Part shown: in pieces, positions 1-9,060 of the stretch
Layout: each line of letters begins with the position of its first letter
Numbering within the stretch: the first letter of the stretch is position 1
Origin: a virus
Lineage: Duplodnaviria; Caudoviricetes
Reading direction: 5' to 3' (one strand)
IMG/VR virus record: IMGVR_UViG_3300031813_000006
Location: 32,001-96,000 of that record
DNA: 64,000 bases
The notes under the pieces: generated by a model
Databases searched by the model: none
Told to the model about the DNA's origin: nothing
Seen by the model: only the letters and a program-made list of their open reading frames with translations
Made by a program: the position numbers and the translations under genes

Positions 1-495
1 AAATAAGTATCCTAATGTGTATGTATATGATATAAGTTTAAAATTTTTAGGCAAATGGAGATCTACTATAGATCTCCAAGAATGGTCTCTAACTAAAGAT
101 AATAATTTACCTATTAAAAGTAGATTTTATACTAAAAGAATGGGATGCCCTTTGACTTTTCTTAAATCATCTAATATACAAACTGCTTGTAAATTTAATA
201 CTCCTTATAAAAACTTAATATTTAGTTATAAGCCACTTCATCAGGAGACTGATGTTGAAAAACAGGAAGAATTGCTGGGAACTCCTATCACAGTCTGTGA
301 GGACAATCAGCAGCCTAGCTTAAGTAGTAATACTTTTGAAGGTTCAACGACTAATACCCGAGTCCTACCTAATAATATGGAGGATAGTAATGGTAACACG
401 AGCATCCTGCATGATTTTAATCATGATGATATAGTCTAAGCTATATAGTAATATATAGAATTATAGAATAAAGAGTCTATAAGATAATAACACTG
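1..495 (+). mobile_element. Group I intron 1 (IA-like, 5'-truncated by the window) in the DNA polymerase gene
   Basis: Core elements: P GAATTGCTGGGAA (~268-281), Q AATCAGCAG (~305-313), R GTTCAACGACTA (~342-353), S GATATAGTCT (~427-436). P3 CAGGA/TCCTG, P8 hairpin CATGATT-TT-AATCATG, P9 CTATATA-GTAA-TATATAG. Terminal G at 495 is followed by an in-frame PolB exon. Confidence 0.9.
2..439 (+). CDS. Intron-encoded homing endonuclease, C-terminal part (NUMOD1-like DNA-binding segment), partial
   Basis: The frame is open from the window start. VYVYDISLKFLGKWRS resembles NUMOD1/IENR1 repeats. It lies inside intron 1; the nuclease domain is not visible in the window. Confidence 0.6.
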   Translation, partial: NKYPNVYVYDISLKFLGKWRSTIDLQEWSLTKDNNLPIKSRFYTKRMGCPLTFLKSSNIQTACKFNTPYKNLIFSYKPLHQETDVEKQEELLGTPITVCEDNQQPSLSSNTFEGSTTNTRVLPNNMEDSNGNTSILHDFNHDDIV

Positions 496-764
496 AATAG
501 TAATAGTCAATACTCTTGGCTATTTGATTCTCAATATACCATGCAAACTACAATCAATGGTCAATTATTAATAACCATGCTTGTAGAAGATTTATTACTT
601 AATATTCCAGAATCAACCTTACTTCAAACTAATACTGATGGTGCAACTTTAAAGTTTCCTAAAGAGTACCTTCCTATTTATGAAAAACTTTGTAAAAAAT
701 GGGAAGAAAAGACTAAATTAAGTCTGGAATATGCTGATTATCAAGCAATGTATATTAGGGATGT
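496..764 (+). CDS. polB: Family B DNA polymerase, internal exon (contains motif C NTDG)
   Basis: Translates NSNSQYSWLFDSQYTMQTTINGQLLITML...QTNTDG...YIRD(V), typical of crAss-like PolB just downstream of the NSxYG motif. In frame with track ORF 541..789. Confidence 0.9.
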
Positions 765-946
765 TAATTATGGCATCCAGAAACCTTGAGAATTGCTGGA
801 ACACTAAGGAAAAAATTCTATGTCAATCAGCAGCCGAGCCTATATTCCACAGGAAGGTTCAGAGACTATCGAAAACACACTATAATTATAGTGGAAGTGA
901 GTAGAGTACCCTTAAATGGGGAAGCACAAGGCAATTATTTACTTGA

Positions 947-978
947 TTTGCTCTTAATAATTATATTACATATATTTG
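947..978 (+). promoter_or_regulatory. Bacteroidota-type primary sigma promoter (-33 TTTG / -7 TAnnTTTG) for the intron endonuclease
   Basis: TTTG at 947-950, a 20 nt spacer, TATATTTG at 971-978, then ATG at 983. Confidence 0.7.
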
Positions 979-982
979 TAAT

Positions 983-1636
983 ATGAAAGCAAATCCAAAA
1001 CATCAATTTACTGGAATTTATTGTATTAGAAATCTAGTTAATAATAAAGTATATATAGGCAAATCAGGAAATATATATAAAAGAATTCATCAACATCTTT
1101 ATGATCTAAAGAATAAAAGAAAACATGAAAATAAACATCTTCTTAATTCATGGTATAAATATGGAAATGAAAATTTTGAATATATAATTTTGGAAAAAAC
1201 AGAAGGAGAATTAGAAACTGCTAAAAGAGAACTTTATTGGATGAAAATATTTCAATCTCTTGATAGAAGTAAAGGATATAATCTTAGAAGTGATTCTGAT
1301 TCTAAAATGATTTGTAATATAGAAACTAAACAATTAATTAGTAAAAGACTTAAGAAAGAATGGAGTAATGGGGTTAGAAAAAATCATGGTAAAAAACTTT
1401 CAGATAATTGGAAATCTACTCCTGAAAGAAATCAGATTCAATCTAAAATCATGTCTAAAGCATTAACTAAATATTTTTATAAAATTGATAATGAATTAAT
1501 TTCATATCAACAATTAAATGATAAAGGTTATAAAAATGCTATAATTTCTTTTCATAGAAATAAATCTAATATAATAACTTTTAAAGGAATATTGATAGAA
1601 AGAGTAAAAATTGAAGATATAGTCCAATCCTCATAG
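983..1636 (+). CDS. GIY-YIG homing endonuclease in the P8 loop of intron 2
   Basis: GIYCIRNLVNNKVYIGKS...KRIHQH...RELYWM...GYN motifs. Flanked by the P8 stem halves CAATTATTTACT and AGTAAAAATTG. Confidence 0.93.
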   Translation: MKANPKHQFTGIYCIRNLVNNKVYIGKSGNIYKRIHQHLYDLKNKRKHENKHLLNSWYKYGNENFEYIILEKTEGELETAKRELYWMKIFQSLDRSKGYNLRSDSDSKMICNIETKQLISKRLKKEWSNGVRKNHGKKLSDNWKSTPERNQIQSKIMSKALTKYFYKIDNELISYQQLNDKGYKNAIISFHRNKSNIITFKGILIERVKIEDIVQSS

Positions 1637-1653
1637 AAATATGAGAAATAATG

Positions 1654-2176
1654 CAACAATTACATGGCCCATTATACCAATGGGAAAAACAAATGTAAAG
1701 GTGCATTTGAATGGGAAGATCCTCAAAATCATAAAGTTTCAGTTCTTCATAAAAATAAAAGTTATCTTATCATTCCTAAAGCAGTATTTAACTATTTCAT
1801 AAATAATATCCCTCCTGAAAAGTATTTACAAGAGAATAGAAATATTTATGATTATTGCGGTGGTGTAAAGAGTAAAGGTGATTGGTATTTTCAAGAACTT
1901 AAAGTTGATGAAAATAGAATCTTTAGAGAAAGAAGATTACAAAAAGTAATGAGATATTATATCTCAAAGAAGGGTTGTAAAATTGTAAAAAGAAACCCGG
2001 ACGGAAGACAGCTCCAAATTGAAGCTGGTAAATGGATGATGACTGAGTTTAATACATATCAAGAGAAACCATGGGAAGAATATGGTGTAAATGAGGAATA
2101 TTATCTTAAGAAGATCTATGAAGAAATAGCAAATATAGTAGCTCCACCACCAGTATTTAAAAACACATTATTCTAA
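1654..2176 (+). CDS. polB: Family B DNA polymerase, last exon
   Basis: NNYMA...KCKGAFEW...LHKNKS...RYYISK...YY is a crAss-like PolB C-terminus. It joins the previous exon after intron removal (GT+C = Val). Confidence 0.9.
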
Positions 2177-2187
2177 AACTTAAAATT

Positions 2188-3414
2188 ATGGCAGGTAAAA
2201 GACCAACCTTTACAACAAAAGAATATTTAGAAAGTATTCCTTTGCCTCAACATGCAAGTAGTTATACTTGTATTTCTCACAAATTTATTATTGATAATGT
2301 ATATAACTTCTTTAAGATCAATAACTTAGAGATTGAATTAGAATTGTATAAATCTACTATGGATGGTGAAATTGCCACTGGTATTTATTATATTAAAGGT
2401 AAAACAGATCCTGAACTTACAATGATGTTTGCATGGGCTAATAGCTATGATAAGAGCATGCGTTTTAAATGTTCTATTGGTGCTAGAGTAAATCTTAATC
2501 AGGCAACTATTATAGGTGGAGATGTTGCATCTTGGGGACGTGTTCATAAAGGTTCCGCAGATGTGGATACTCAAAACACTATTCATTCTCAAATTCAAGA
2601 TGCCACAAGGCATTTTACAAATTTGATTAATGATAAGGAAGCTATGAAAAATATCCAACTTAGCACCTGGGAAAGAGCCAGTTTATTAGGTGTGATGTAT
2701 GCTATAAAAGATTTGTTTACTATTGAACAATTCAATATAGCAGTTAGGGAAATGAAGAAACCTTCTTATGAATATCCAGAAAATGAAAAACATTCTTTAT
2801 GGACTTTTTATAATAATATTCTAGTAGCTATTAAAAGTTCTCACCCTAAGAAATGGTTAGATAGACAAAGAAGCTTACATTGGTTCTTATGTTGTCATTT
2901 TAATATTGGTAATTATTGTTCAACAGCACCAGGTGTTAAGGCAACATCTATTGCTGTAAAATTTATTAAAACTGTTGCACAACCAGTACTTAATGAAGGT
3001 TTGTTATCATTAGATGAAGAACCTGTTGATTCTAATCAACTTAATCTGTTAGATGCTATTGCTGAAGCAGAAAAAGAATCTGGGATACAAGATCCACACG
3101 TATTAATCAGAAATATGGATGGTGAACCGTTGGTTATTTCTAAATTTGAAGATGGAGTTGAAGAAGAAGAAATTACTTTAGATGAACCAAAGATAGGTAG
3201 TGACTTTGATATAGACAATACTGATGATTTAACTTTAGATGAACAAGATAATAAAGTAATTGAACCAGTATTGGAATCTGTTCCAACAGTTGTTCCAACA
3301 ATTATTTCTGAAGTACCTCATTCATCAAAAGAAGAAAGTCTTGAATTGACTGCTGAACAACAGGCAGCATTAGACGCTTTCAATGATGATGATGAAGATC
3401 CTTTTTCATTGTAA
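2188..3414 (+). CDS. DUF932-like protein with a long acidic C-terminal tail
   Basis: SYTCISH...NSYDKS...GARV...H...SLWTFYN pattern of DUF932/LGT_TIGR03299-like phage proteins; D/E-rich tail. Confidence 0.6.
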   Translation: MAGKRPTFTTKEYLESIPLPQHASSYTCISHKFIIDNVYNFFKINNLEIELELYKSTMDGEIATGIYYIKGKTDPELTMMFAWANSYDKSMRFKCSIGARVNLNQATIIGGDVASWGRVHKGSADVDTQNTIHSQIQDATRHFTNLINDKEAMKNIQLSTWERASLLGVMYAIKDLFTIEQFNIAVREMKKPSYEYPENEKHSLWTFYNNILVAIKSSHPKKWLDRQRSLHWFLCCHFNIGNYCSTAPGVKATSIAVKFIKTVAQPVLNEGLLSLDEEPVDSNQLNLLDAIAEAEKESGIQDPHVLIRNMDGEPLVISKFEDGVEEEEITLDEPKIGSDFDIDNTDDLTLDEQDNKVIEPVLESVPTVVPTIISEVPHSSKEESLELTAEQQAALDAFNDDDEDPFSL

Positions 3415-3421
3415 AAATAAC

Positions 3422-3450
3422 AAGGGTAGGAGAAATCCTACCCTTTTTTT
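3422..3450 (+). terminator. Intrinsic terminator between convergent replication and late modules (possibly bidirectional)
   Basis: AAGGGTAGGA-GAAA-TCCTACCCTT followed by a T-run; an A-rich tract lies upstream. Confidence 0.85.
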
Positions 3451-3477
3451 GCGAACCACTATGGTAATCTTGATTGG

Positions 3478-6400
3478 TTATGGTCTGATTTGAACAGCCA
3501 CAAAGTTTTTTACGGCTAGCGTTGGGTCAGTAGTTCCCCCTGTTACACCAACCATATGTGCCGCGTGGTTAAAGAATTTCCAACTACCTTCTTGTTCCCA
3601 AGAGTATGGACCTACATCTTTCTTATAATATGCAGATTCATTACCCAACATTCCATTTCCTATATCACCTAATAAAGTAGCATAGGTATTAAGGGTTGGT
3701 CCAAAAGCAACAGATTTAAAATCTGCTAAGTTTTTATAGGTTGTTGGAGAAAACCATTGAGAATTTTCTTGAAGTACATTCATACCTAAAAGGATAGAAT
3801 GGGCATGAGAAAAACCTATTGGGTTAAACTCCACACCTGTATCAACTACTCCTGGTAACGGTAATGGTCCAGATTCAGCTCTTAATTTAGCGTATTTTTC
3901 AGGATCATTTTCATCCCAACCTAAAACAAGATGTACAAGGGCCCATAATAATAAACATTGAAGTCCTTCTCCTAATAGTTTACCAAAGGCCTGTTTTTCC
4001 ATTGGGGTTAATTGCTGAAACCCATTCATACCTTTTCTTAACTCATTGGCTACCTTTATGAAAGTTTTGGCATTAGTCCTATAGAATCCTTCAGTCATTC
4101 TACCATGCCCTACATTATATCTTTCAGAAGCAACCCGGGACATAAACATAGAAGTTAAATACCTTCTCATATATGATATAGTTCTATAAGCAAGGTAACG
4201 TTGAGCCTCTGGTTGGTCAAACTTAGCAAAGGCACCGTTTAAATCATTACTAGCCATATGGATTTTATTCCTGAAGATCTTAAACTCTTTACCTCCAATA
4301 CCATATGTAGGATCAATACCGGGTTTTAATTGGATCTGATTATCTTGATTTACTTCCCAAGCATCAATGTATTTTATTATAGTTCCATCTAATTTAGTAA
4401 TGGTTTTATAATTCATCATTCCACCAAACAAACCCAAGGATGCATTAATTTCAGTCCATTTTCTAGGTGACATCATCCAAGAAAGATTTAATATATCTTT
4501 CTCAATATTTCTAGTAATGGTGCTTCCAAAGTGTTCTTCAAGTCTTCCTTGAAAAGCATCAAAGATGTCTATTAATTGAGTATCTAGACCTTTTACTTTA
4601 CCGCTATATAATTGTGAAGATATTTGAGTAGATGCTGATAGGGCCCATGCATGACCTGCTGTAAGGGTTGGGATACTTAGATCCTTTCCTCCGGAAGCCA
4701 TTATTATGTTTTGGACACCCGCAGATATTGAATTCTTTAAAGCAGATGGAATGTTCAGCGCAAAGAACCCAAATGAGGCTGTTTTAAATAACATGCTTGT
4801 TACTTTATTTAACACATCATTTTCTTTGGCAAAACCAGTATTAGTTTCTCCTTTGAATTCCCGGTCATATAAATTCTTCATGGCTTTTGCCCTGATATTC
4901 TCACCTTTTTTATTGGCAAACCTATTAATAACTGTATTAACTAATGAGTTTTCTTCTATCTTTTCTAAGCTATTAGATGATGCAGTATCAATCATAGCTT
5001 TTGCTATAGGTTCTATCTCCATTAATTTCTTTTGTCTTTCTGCAGAAAGCATGTAATGCATAGTGCTATGGAAGACATCTAATGAAACCTTATCTGCTTC
5101 AATATTGGAAAGACCTACAATTGGTACAGTACCTTCTTCTTCTCCAAATAAATCTGCTTTATTTAATTTAATGGATTCATGTAAATTAGTTAAAGGGTTA
5201 TAGTTCAGATTCATATTAACGTCATCAGCTGATTTACTGAAATAATCCTTAATATTTTGAATCCAACCTGTCACTGCTCCGCTAACTCCTTGTAAACCAC
5301 TACCTTGGATAATATCAACATTCTCTTTTCTAAATCTTGGAAGATCTAAATAAAGTTTAGAACTATCTTGTAAACCTTCTTGATTAGCAATATGATGTTC
5401 TTTTACTTTCTCTAGAATATTAAATACATCCGGGTTATTCTTCTTCAAAGAAAAATAATCTTGATTAATATAAGGACTATCTGCAGGTGCCCCTTCACTA
5501 ACTAATCGTGGTAACCAATGACCTTTATTATCTACTGTTTTACCTACAATTTTTTGGTTGATATATTCAGGTTTTACTTCTCTAACAAAGAATCTTTTAC
5601 CAGGTGCTCTTTGTATTGTTTCAACTACTTTACCTGTGTTATCTAAAAGATCTGTTGAAATATAATTTTTTGAATCTAATGGTTCAGTAGTATTCCAGAC
5701 AACAAGTCTTTGCCATGATTTATAGATAAACCCTGTTTCAGGATCAACATATGATCTCTTTTGTATATGGTTATTATAAAACCATTTATCAAAAGCATCA
5801 TTACCATTATTAAGTAGATTTAGTAGCTTTAACTCATCAAGTATGTTATTTGCTGTATCTTGAGTATAATTCCCTCCTAATAAAGCATTTAAATGATCTA
5901 CATAATAAGTTGTAGGTTTTTTAGATTGAAGTTTCTCTAACTTAGCATATAGAACTTTCAATTCAGATTTAATCAGTTTTTGTTCTGTATCATCTGCTTC
6001 ATTTTTCTTATCAATTAATTCAGCAAAACGTTCTTTATCTGCTTGGGACCTGTTCTTATTATTTAAAAGAGCTTCATATTCTGCATATTCTTCTTCAGTA
6101 AGACTACCTATATTAGATAATAATATCTGAAGTTTGTCAAGTGCCAATTGAGCCTGTCTTATAGAATAAATCCTTTGATGACTCATTTCATCAGCATTAG
6201 GTTGATTGTCATCATCCCTAAAACCTATAATAGATTCTCTAATAATGTCATTATTTTTAGAAATCTCATTTGAAAGATGCTCATTACCTTTATTAAGACG
6301 TTGTCTAAGAAGTTCTATATTAGCATAAATGTTATTTAACTTTTTATAATGCTCATCAGTTACCTTAACAACAGTATTATCATTAATCCATTCTTGGCGC

Positions 6401-9060
6401 GCATTATAAAAAGGACTATCTTCTTTAGTGCTTCTTTCCATACCTTGGGCCACTAAGTTCTCTTCATATTTTGTCAATGCATTTTGAAAAGATCCTGGAA
6501 TTTCTACCCACTTATAAACCTCATTAGATCTTTCTCTATATGCTTTTAAAGCCTTTGCTTTTATAAGATCATCTCCTGTCTTCATTTGACAAAACTCATC
6601 TACCAAAGCATGCATTTGAGCAAATTCTCTCCATTTATGTTTGATGATATCTAGAGTTTCTTTATCTGTAAATTCATCAACTTGCGCTTTTTGAAGAGAT
6701 ATAATCTCATCTAACTTAGCCCTTCTTTCCTCTTTAGCCTGTTGTTTAACAGCTTGAATCCTTGGATCATTGTCTTTAAATACAGAGTCTTTATCATAAA
6801 ATTGAGGAGTATAGTCCTGGTGGAAATACTTATTCTTATGTTCTTGTAGTTTTTCTAATAATCTAGCCGCTTCTGCGTAATCTTCTTTAGTATTACTTGA
6901 GTTTGCTTTATCCCTTGCCGCCGCAGCATCATATTCCATTTTAGATATAGCATATCTATGATTATGGAAAGGATTTAATAATGTAACTACCTTTCTTTCT
7001 ACTAAAGATACTTCATTAGTATCAGGATTTGTTTCATATGCAGAGGTAGTATCTATGGTAGTTAATAATTTACCTAGATCTTGAGCATTTCTTCCTTTAA
7101 AGCCTATCTTATTTAGTAAAGGGTCTAAATCATTAATGAATTGATTATGCTTTTGTTGAGCAGTAGTTAATACGTCTGTCATATGATTCTTTATGAACAG
7201 AGCAAATCCTCCTACAATTGGATCTGAATTATACATGAAACCTTCTAGAAAAGAACTTAATGCCGGGGCATCTCCTCTTTTACCTGTCAAATAATCCTTT
7301 ATAGGATCCACCTTAATTCCTTGAGCATCTGTATATGAACTCAGACGGGATTCATTGTAAAGCCTTATTTGTTTATCTATCAGACCTTTAGAAGCATTAT
7401 TTTTAGTATAATGCTCCATGATTTCCATATGAGTCTTATCTATATTATCAGCTAATGGTTGTAAAGTTTCTCTCATTAACTCTAGAGAACTCTTTTCATA
7501 GGCTAATTTGGAATAGTTTTTAGCATCTTTAAAGTTACTCTTAATACTTGATATTAAGGTTCTTAGTTCATTTTCTGGTTTTACACCGGCATCAGCCAAA
7601 TGCATATCCATCATATCTAAATATCTATCCCAATATCCAATAAACTTATTGTAACCAGTTAGTTTACGCATGTCTTCCTGAGATAAATCACCAGTTGAAA
7701 TATCTTTCATATGATATGACATTCTTTTAGAAGCCTCATGAGTAATATGAAGATCCAATACCATACTAGATACCTGCGCCTCAACGTGATTCATATCCTT
7801 ATTTAACTCTTCTATCTTGTCATCTAATAGACCATAATACCTACTTAGATTTTCTTTTATTTTTTGAAGCATATCTTGACCTAATTCATCTTTCAAGATA
7901 TCTAACATGGATGCATAATCTTTATTGGCCTTCAACTCAGCTAAATGTCTAGCTGCCACTTGATACATGTTATTATTTAACATTACCCTGGTTTTGGTAT
8001 TCAATAATTTGAAAGCTTCATTTTCTGCTTTCATTTGTTTAAAATAAGCAACAAGATCTTCTCCTGTTAATTGCTCACTTTTAATATCAAAAGTAGATCC
8101 TTGTAACATCTTGGCCAGATCCTGTAAAGAGGTGTTCACGTCAAGATTTTCTACTTTGATTTTATTACCAAATACCTTTCTTAAAACTTGCTTAACTTGA
8201 AAAAGGAAATTCTTAATTGCTTTAACAAAACCTTCTGATTGATTTACTCCACCACGTTGATTTAGAGCCATTTGCGTTAAAGCTCTTACTATAACTTCTT
8301 CCTTATATAAAGGTGTATTAAAACTTAAATCCGGATACTTAGATTGTACAGTGGATAATACTACTTGACCTTCTCCCGTAATTATAATCTTGTTGTACAG
8401 ATTGTTAAAAAGCTCAGGATTAGATAAAGAAATAGCTCTAACTAAAGGATGAGAAAATTCATGCAATAGAATTTCAGGTGTAAAGTGTTTACCTACAAAG
8501 TAAACCTTACCATCTTTAAACATTGCTGGTTCTCCATTCCATTTATTATTCTCAGGAACATTTTCTGATAAAGCTCTTGCTTGTTCAGTTGTAATAAACT
8601 GAGCATCTATCCCGGGAAAGTTATTGTTTAATTGTTCTGATAACTTACCAATAACTGTTTCAGAGTATTCACTGTTAACTTCATCAACATTAATGCTTCC
8701 ATCTGGACGGTAGAACATACTTAATTGACCATCTGGATCAATAGAAGGTCCTTTATTAGGATCAGTTTGATTATCCCTAGAACCATTTATCTGATCAATA
8801 GCTCTAAAAGCATTTTCATTAGGGACCGCTTGGGGATACATACGGTGAACATCTTTTTCAATAAACAACCTACCTTCATTTACACCATGTTTCTCACTAG
8901 CAAGATTTGTAAGATCTGTGATTATTTTCCTAAACTTAACTACATCTAAAACATTGTTAAATCTATCTATAGCATCACTTGCCATAAGCATGTTTCTAGT
9001 AGATTGTTTAGAATCACTTTTTACGCGTACATATGTTTTACAATCATTAGCCATAATCAA
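3478..9060 (-). CDS. Giant virion cargo (ejection) protein with a zincin-like HEFSH domain
   Basis: 1860 aa, largely helical, HExxH at 8449-8463, hydrophobic segment near the C-terminus. Last gene of the crAss-like cargo/RNAP cluster. Confidence 0.7.
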   Translation of the reverse strand: MIMANDCKTYVRVKSDSKQSTRNMLMASDAIDRFNNVLDVVKFRKIITDLTNLASEKHGVNEGRLFIEKDVHRMYPQAVPNENAFRAIDQINGSRDNQTDPNKGPSIDPDGQLSMFYRPDGSINVDEVNSEYSETVIGKLSEQLNNNFPGIDAQFITTEQARALSENVPENNKWNGEPAMFKDGKVYFVGKHFTPEILLHEFSHPLVRAISLSNPELFNNLYNKIIITGEGQVVLSTVQSKYPDLSFNTPLYKEEVIVRALTQMALNQRGGVNQSEGFVKAIKNFLFQVKQVLRKVFGNKIKVENLDVNTSLQDLAKMLQGSTFDIKSEQLTGEDLVAYFKQMKAENEAFKLLNTKTRVMLNNNMYQVAARHLAELKANKDYASMLDILKDELGQDMLQKIKENLSRYYGLLDDKIEELNKDMNHVEAQVSSMVLDLHITHEASKRMSYHMKDISTGDLSQEDMRKLTGYNKFIGYWDRYLDMMDMHLADAGVKPENELRTLISSIKSNFKDAKNYSKLAYEKSSLELMRETLQPLADNIDKTHMEIMEHYTKNNASKGLIDKQIRLYNESRLSSYTDAQGIKVDPIKDYLTGKRGDAPALSSFLEGFMYNSDPIVGGFALFIKNHMTDVLTTAQQKHNQFINDLDPLLNKIGFKGRNAQDLGKLLTTIDTTSAYETNPDTNEVSLVERKVVTLLNPFHNHRYAISKMEYDAAAARDKANSSNTKEDYAEAARLLEKLQEHKNKYFHQDYTPQFYDKDSVFKDNDPRIQAVKQQAKEERRAKLDEIISLQKAQVDEFTDKETLDIIKHKWREFAQMHALVDEFCQMKTGDDLIKAKALKAYRERSNEVYKWVEIPGSFQNALTKYEENLVAQGMERSTKEDSPFYNARQEWINDNTVVKVTDEHYKKLNNIYANIELLRQRLNKGNEHLSNEISKNNDIIRESIIGFRDDDNQPNADEMSHQRIYSIRQAQLALDKLQILLSNIGSLTEEEYAEYEALLNNKNRSQADKERFAELIDKKNEADDTEQKLIKSELKVLYAKLEKLQSKKPTTYYVDHLNALLGGNYTQDTANNILDELKLLNLLNNGNDAFDKWFYNNHIQKRSYVDPETGFIYKSWQRLVVWNTTEPLDSKNYISTDLLDNTGKVVETIQRAPGKRFFVREVKPEYINQKIVGKTVDNKGHWLPRLVSEGAPADSPYINQDYFSLKKNNPDVFNILEKVKEHHIANQEGLQDSSKLYLDLPRFRKENVDIIQGSGLQGVSGAVTGWIQNIKDYFSKSADDVNMNLNYNPLTNLHESIKLNKADLFGEEEGTVPIVGLSNIEADKVSLDVFHSTMHYMLSAERQKKLMEIEPIAKAMIDTASSNSLEKIEENSLVNTVINRFANKKGENIRAKAMKNLYDREFKGETNTGFAKENDVLNKVTSMLFKTASFGFFALNIPSALKNSISAGVQNIIMASGGKDLSIPTLTAGHAWALSASTQISSQLYSGKVKGLDTQLIDIFDAFQGRLEEHFGSTITRNIEKDILNLSWMMSPRKWTEINASLGLFGGMMNYKTITKLDGTIIKYIDAWEVNQDNQIQLKPGIDPTYGIGGKEFKIFRNKIHMASNDLNGAFAKFDQPEAQRYLAYRTISYMRRYLTSMFMSRVASERYNVGHGRMTEGFYRTNAKTFIKVANELRKGMNGFQQLTPMEKQAFGKLLGEGLQCLLLWALVHLVLGWDENDPEKYAKLRAESGPLPLPGVVDTGVEFNPIGFSHAHSILLGMNVLQENSQWFSPTTYKNLADFKSVAFGPTLNTYATLLGDIGNGMLGNESAYYKKDVGPYSWEQEGSWKFFNHAAHMVGVTGGTTDPTLAVKNFVAVQIRP

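Larger units (their letters stand above)
765..1653 (+). mobile_element. Group I intron 2 (IA-like) in the DNA polymerase gene
   Basis: P1 GGATGT|...GCATCC places a U-G wobble at the 5' splice site. P GAATTGCTGGAA, Q AATCAGCAG, R GTTCAGAGACTA, S AAGATATAGTCC, P9 CTCATA-GAAA-TATGAG, terminal G at 1653. Splicing restores RDVNNYMA. Confidence 0.93.

Noticed and set aside
786-986. 66 aa ORF in the track
   Set aside because: It coincides with the P3-P7 ribozyme core of intron 2, starts at TTG and has no protein features.
541-2176. PolB as separate genes or a pseudogene (541..789 and 1664..2176)
   Set aside because: Group I splicing restores one continuous frame.
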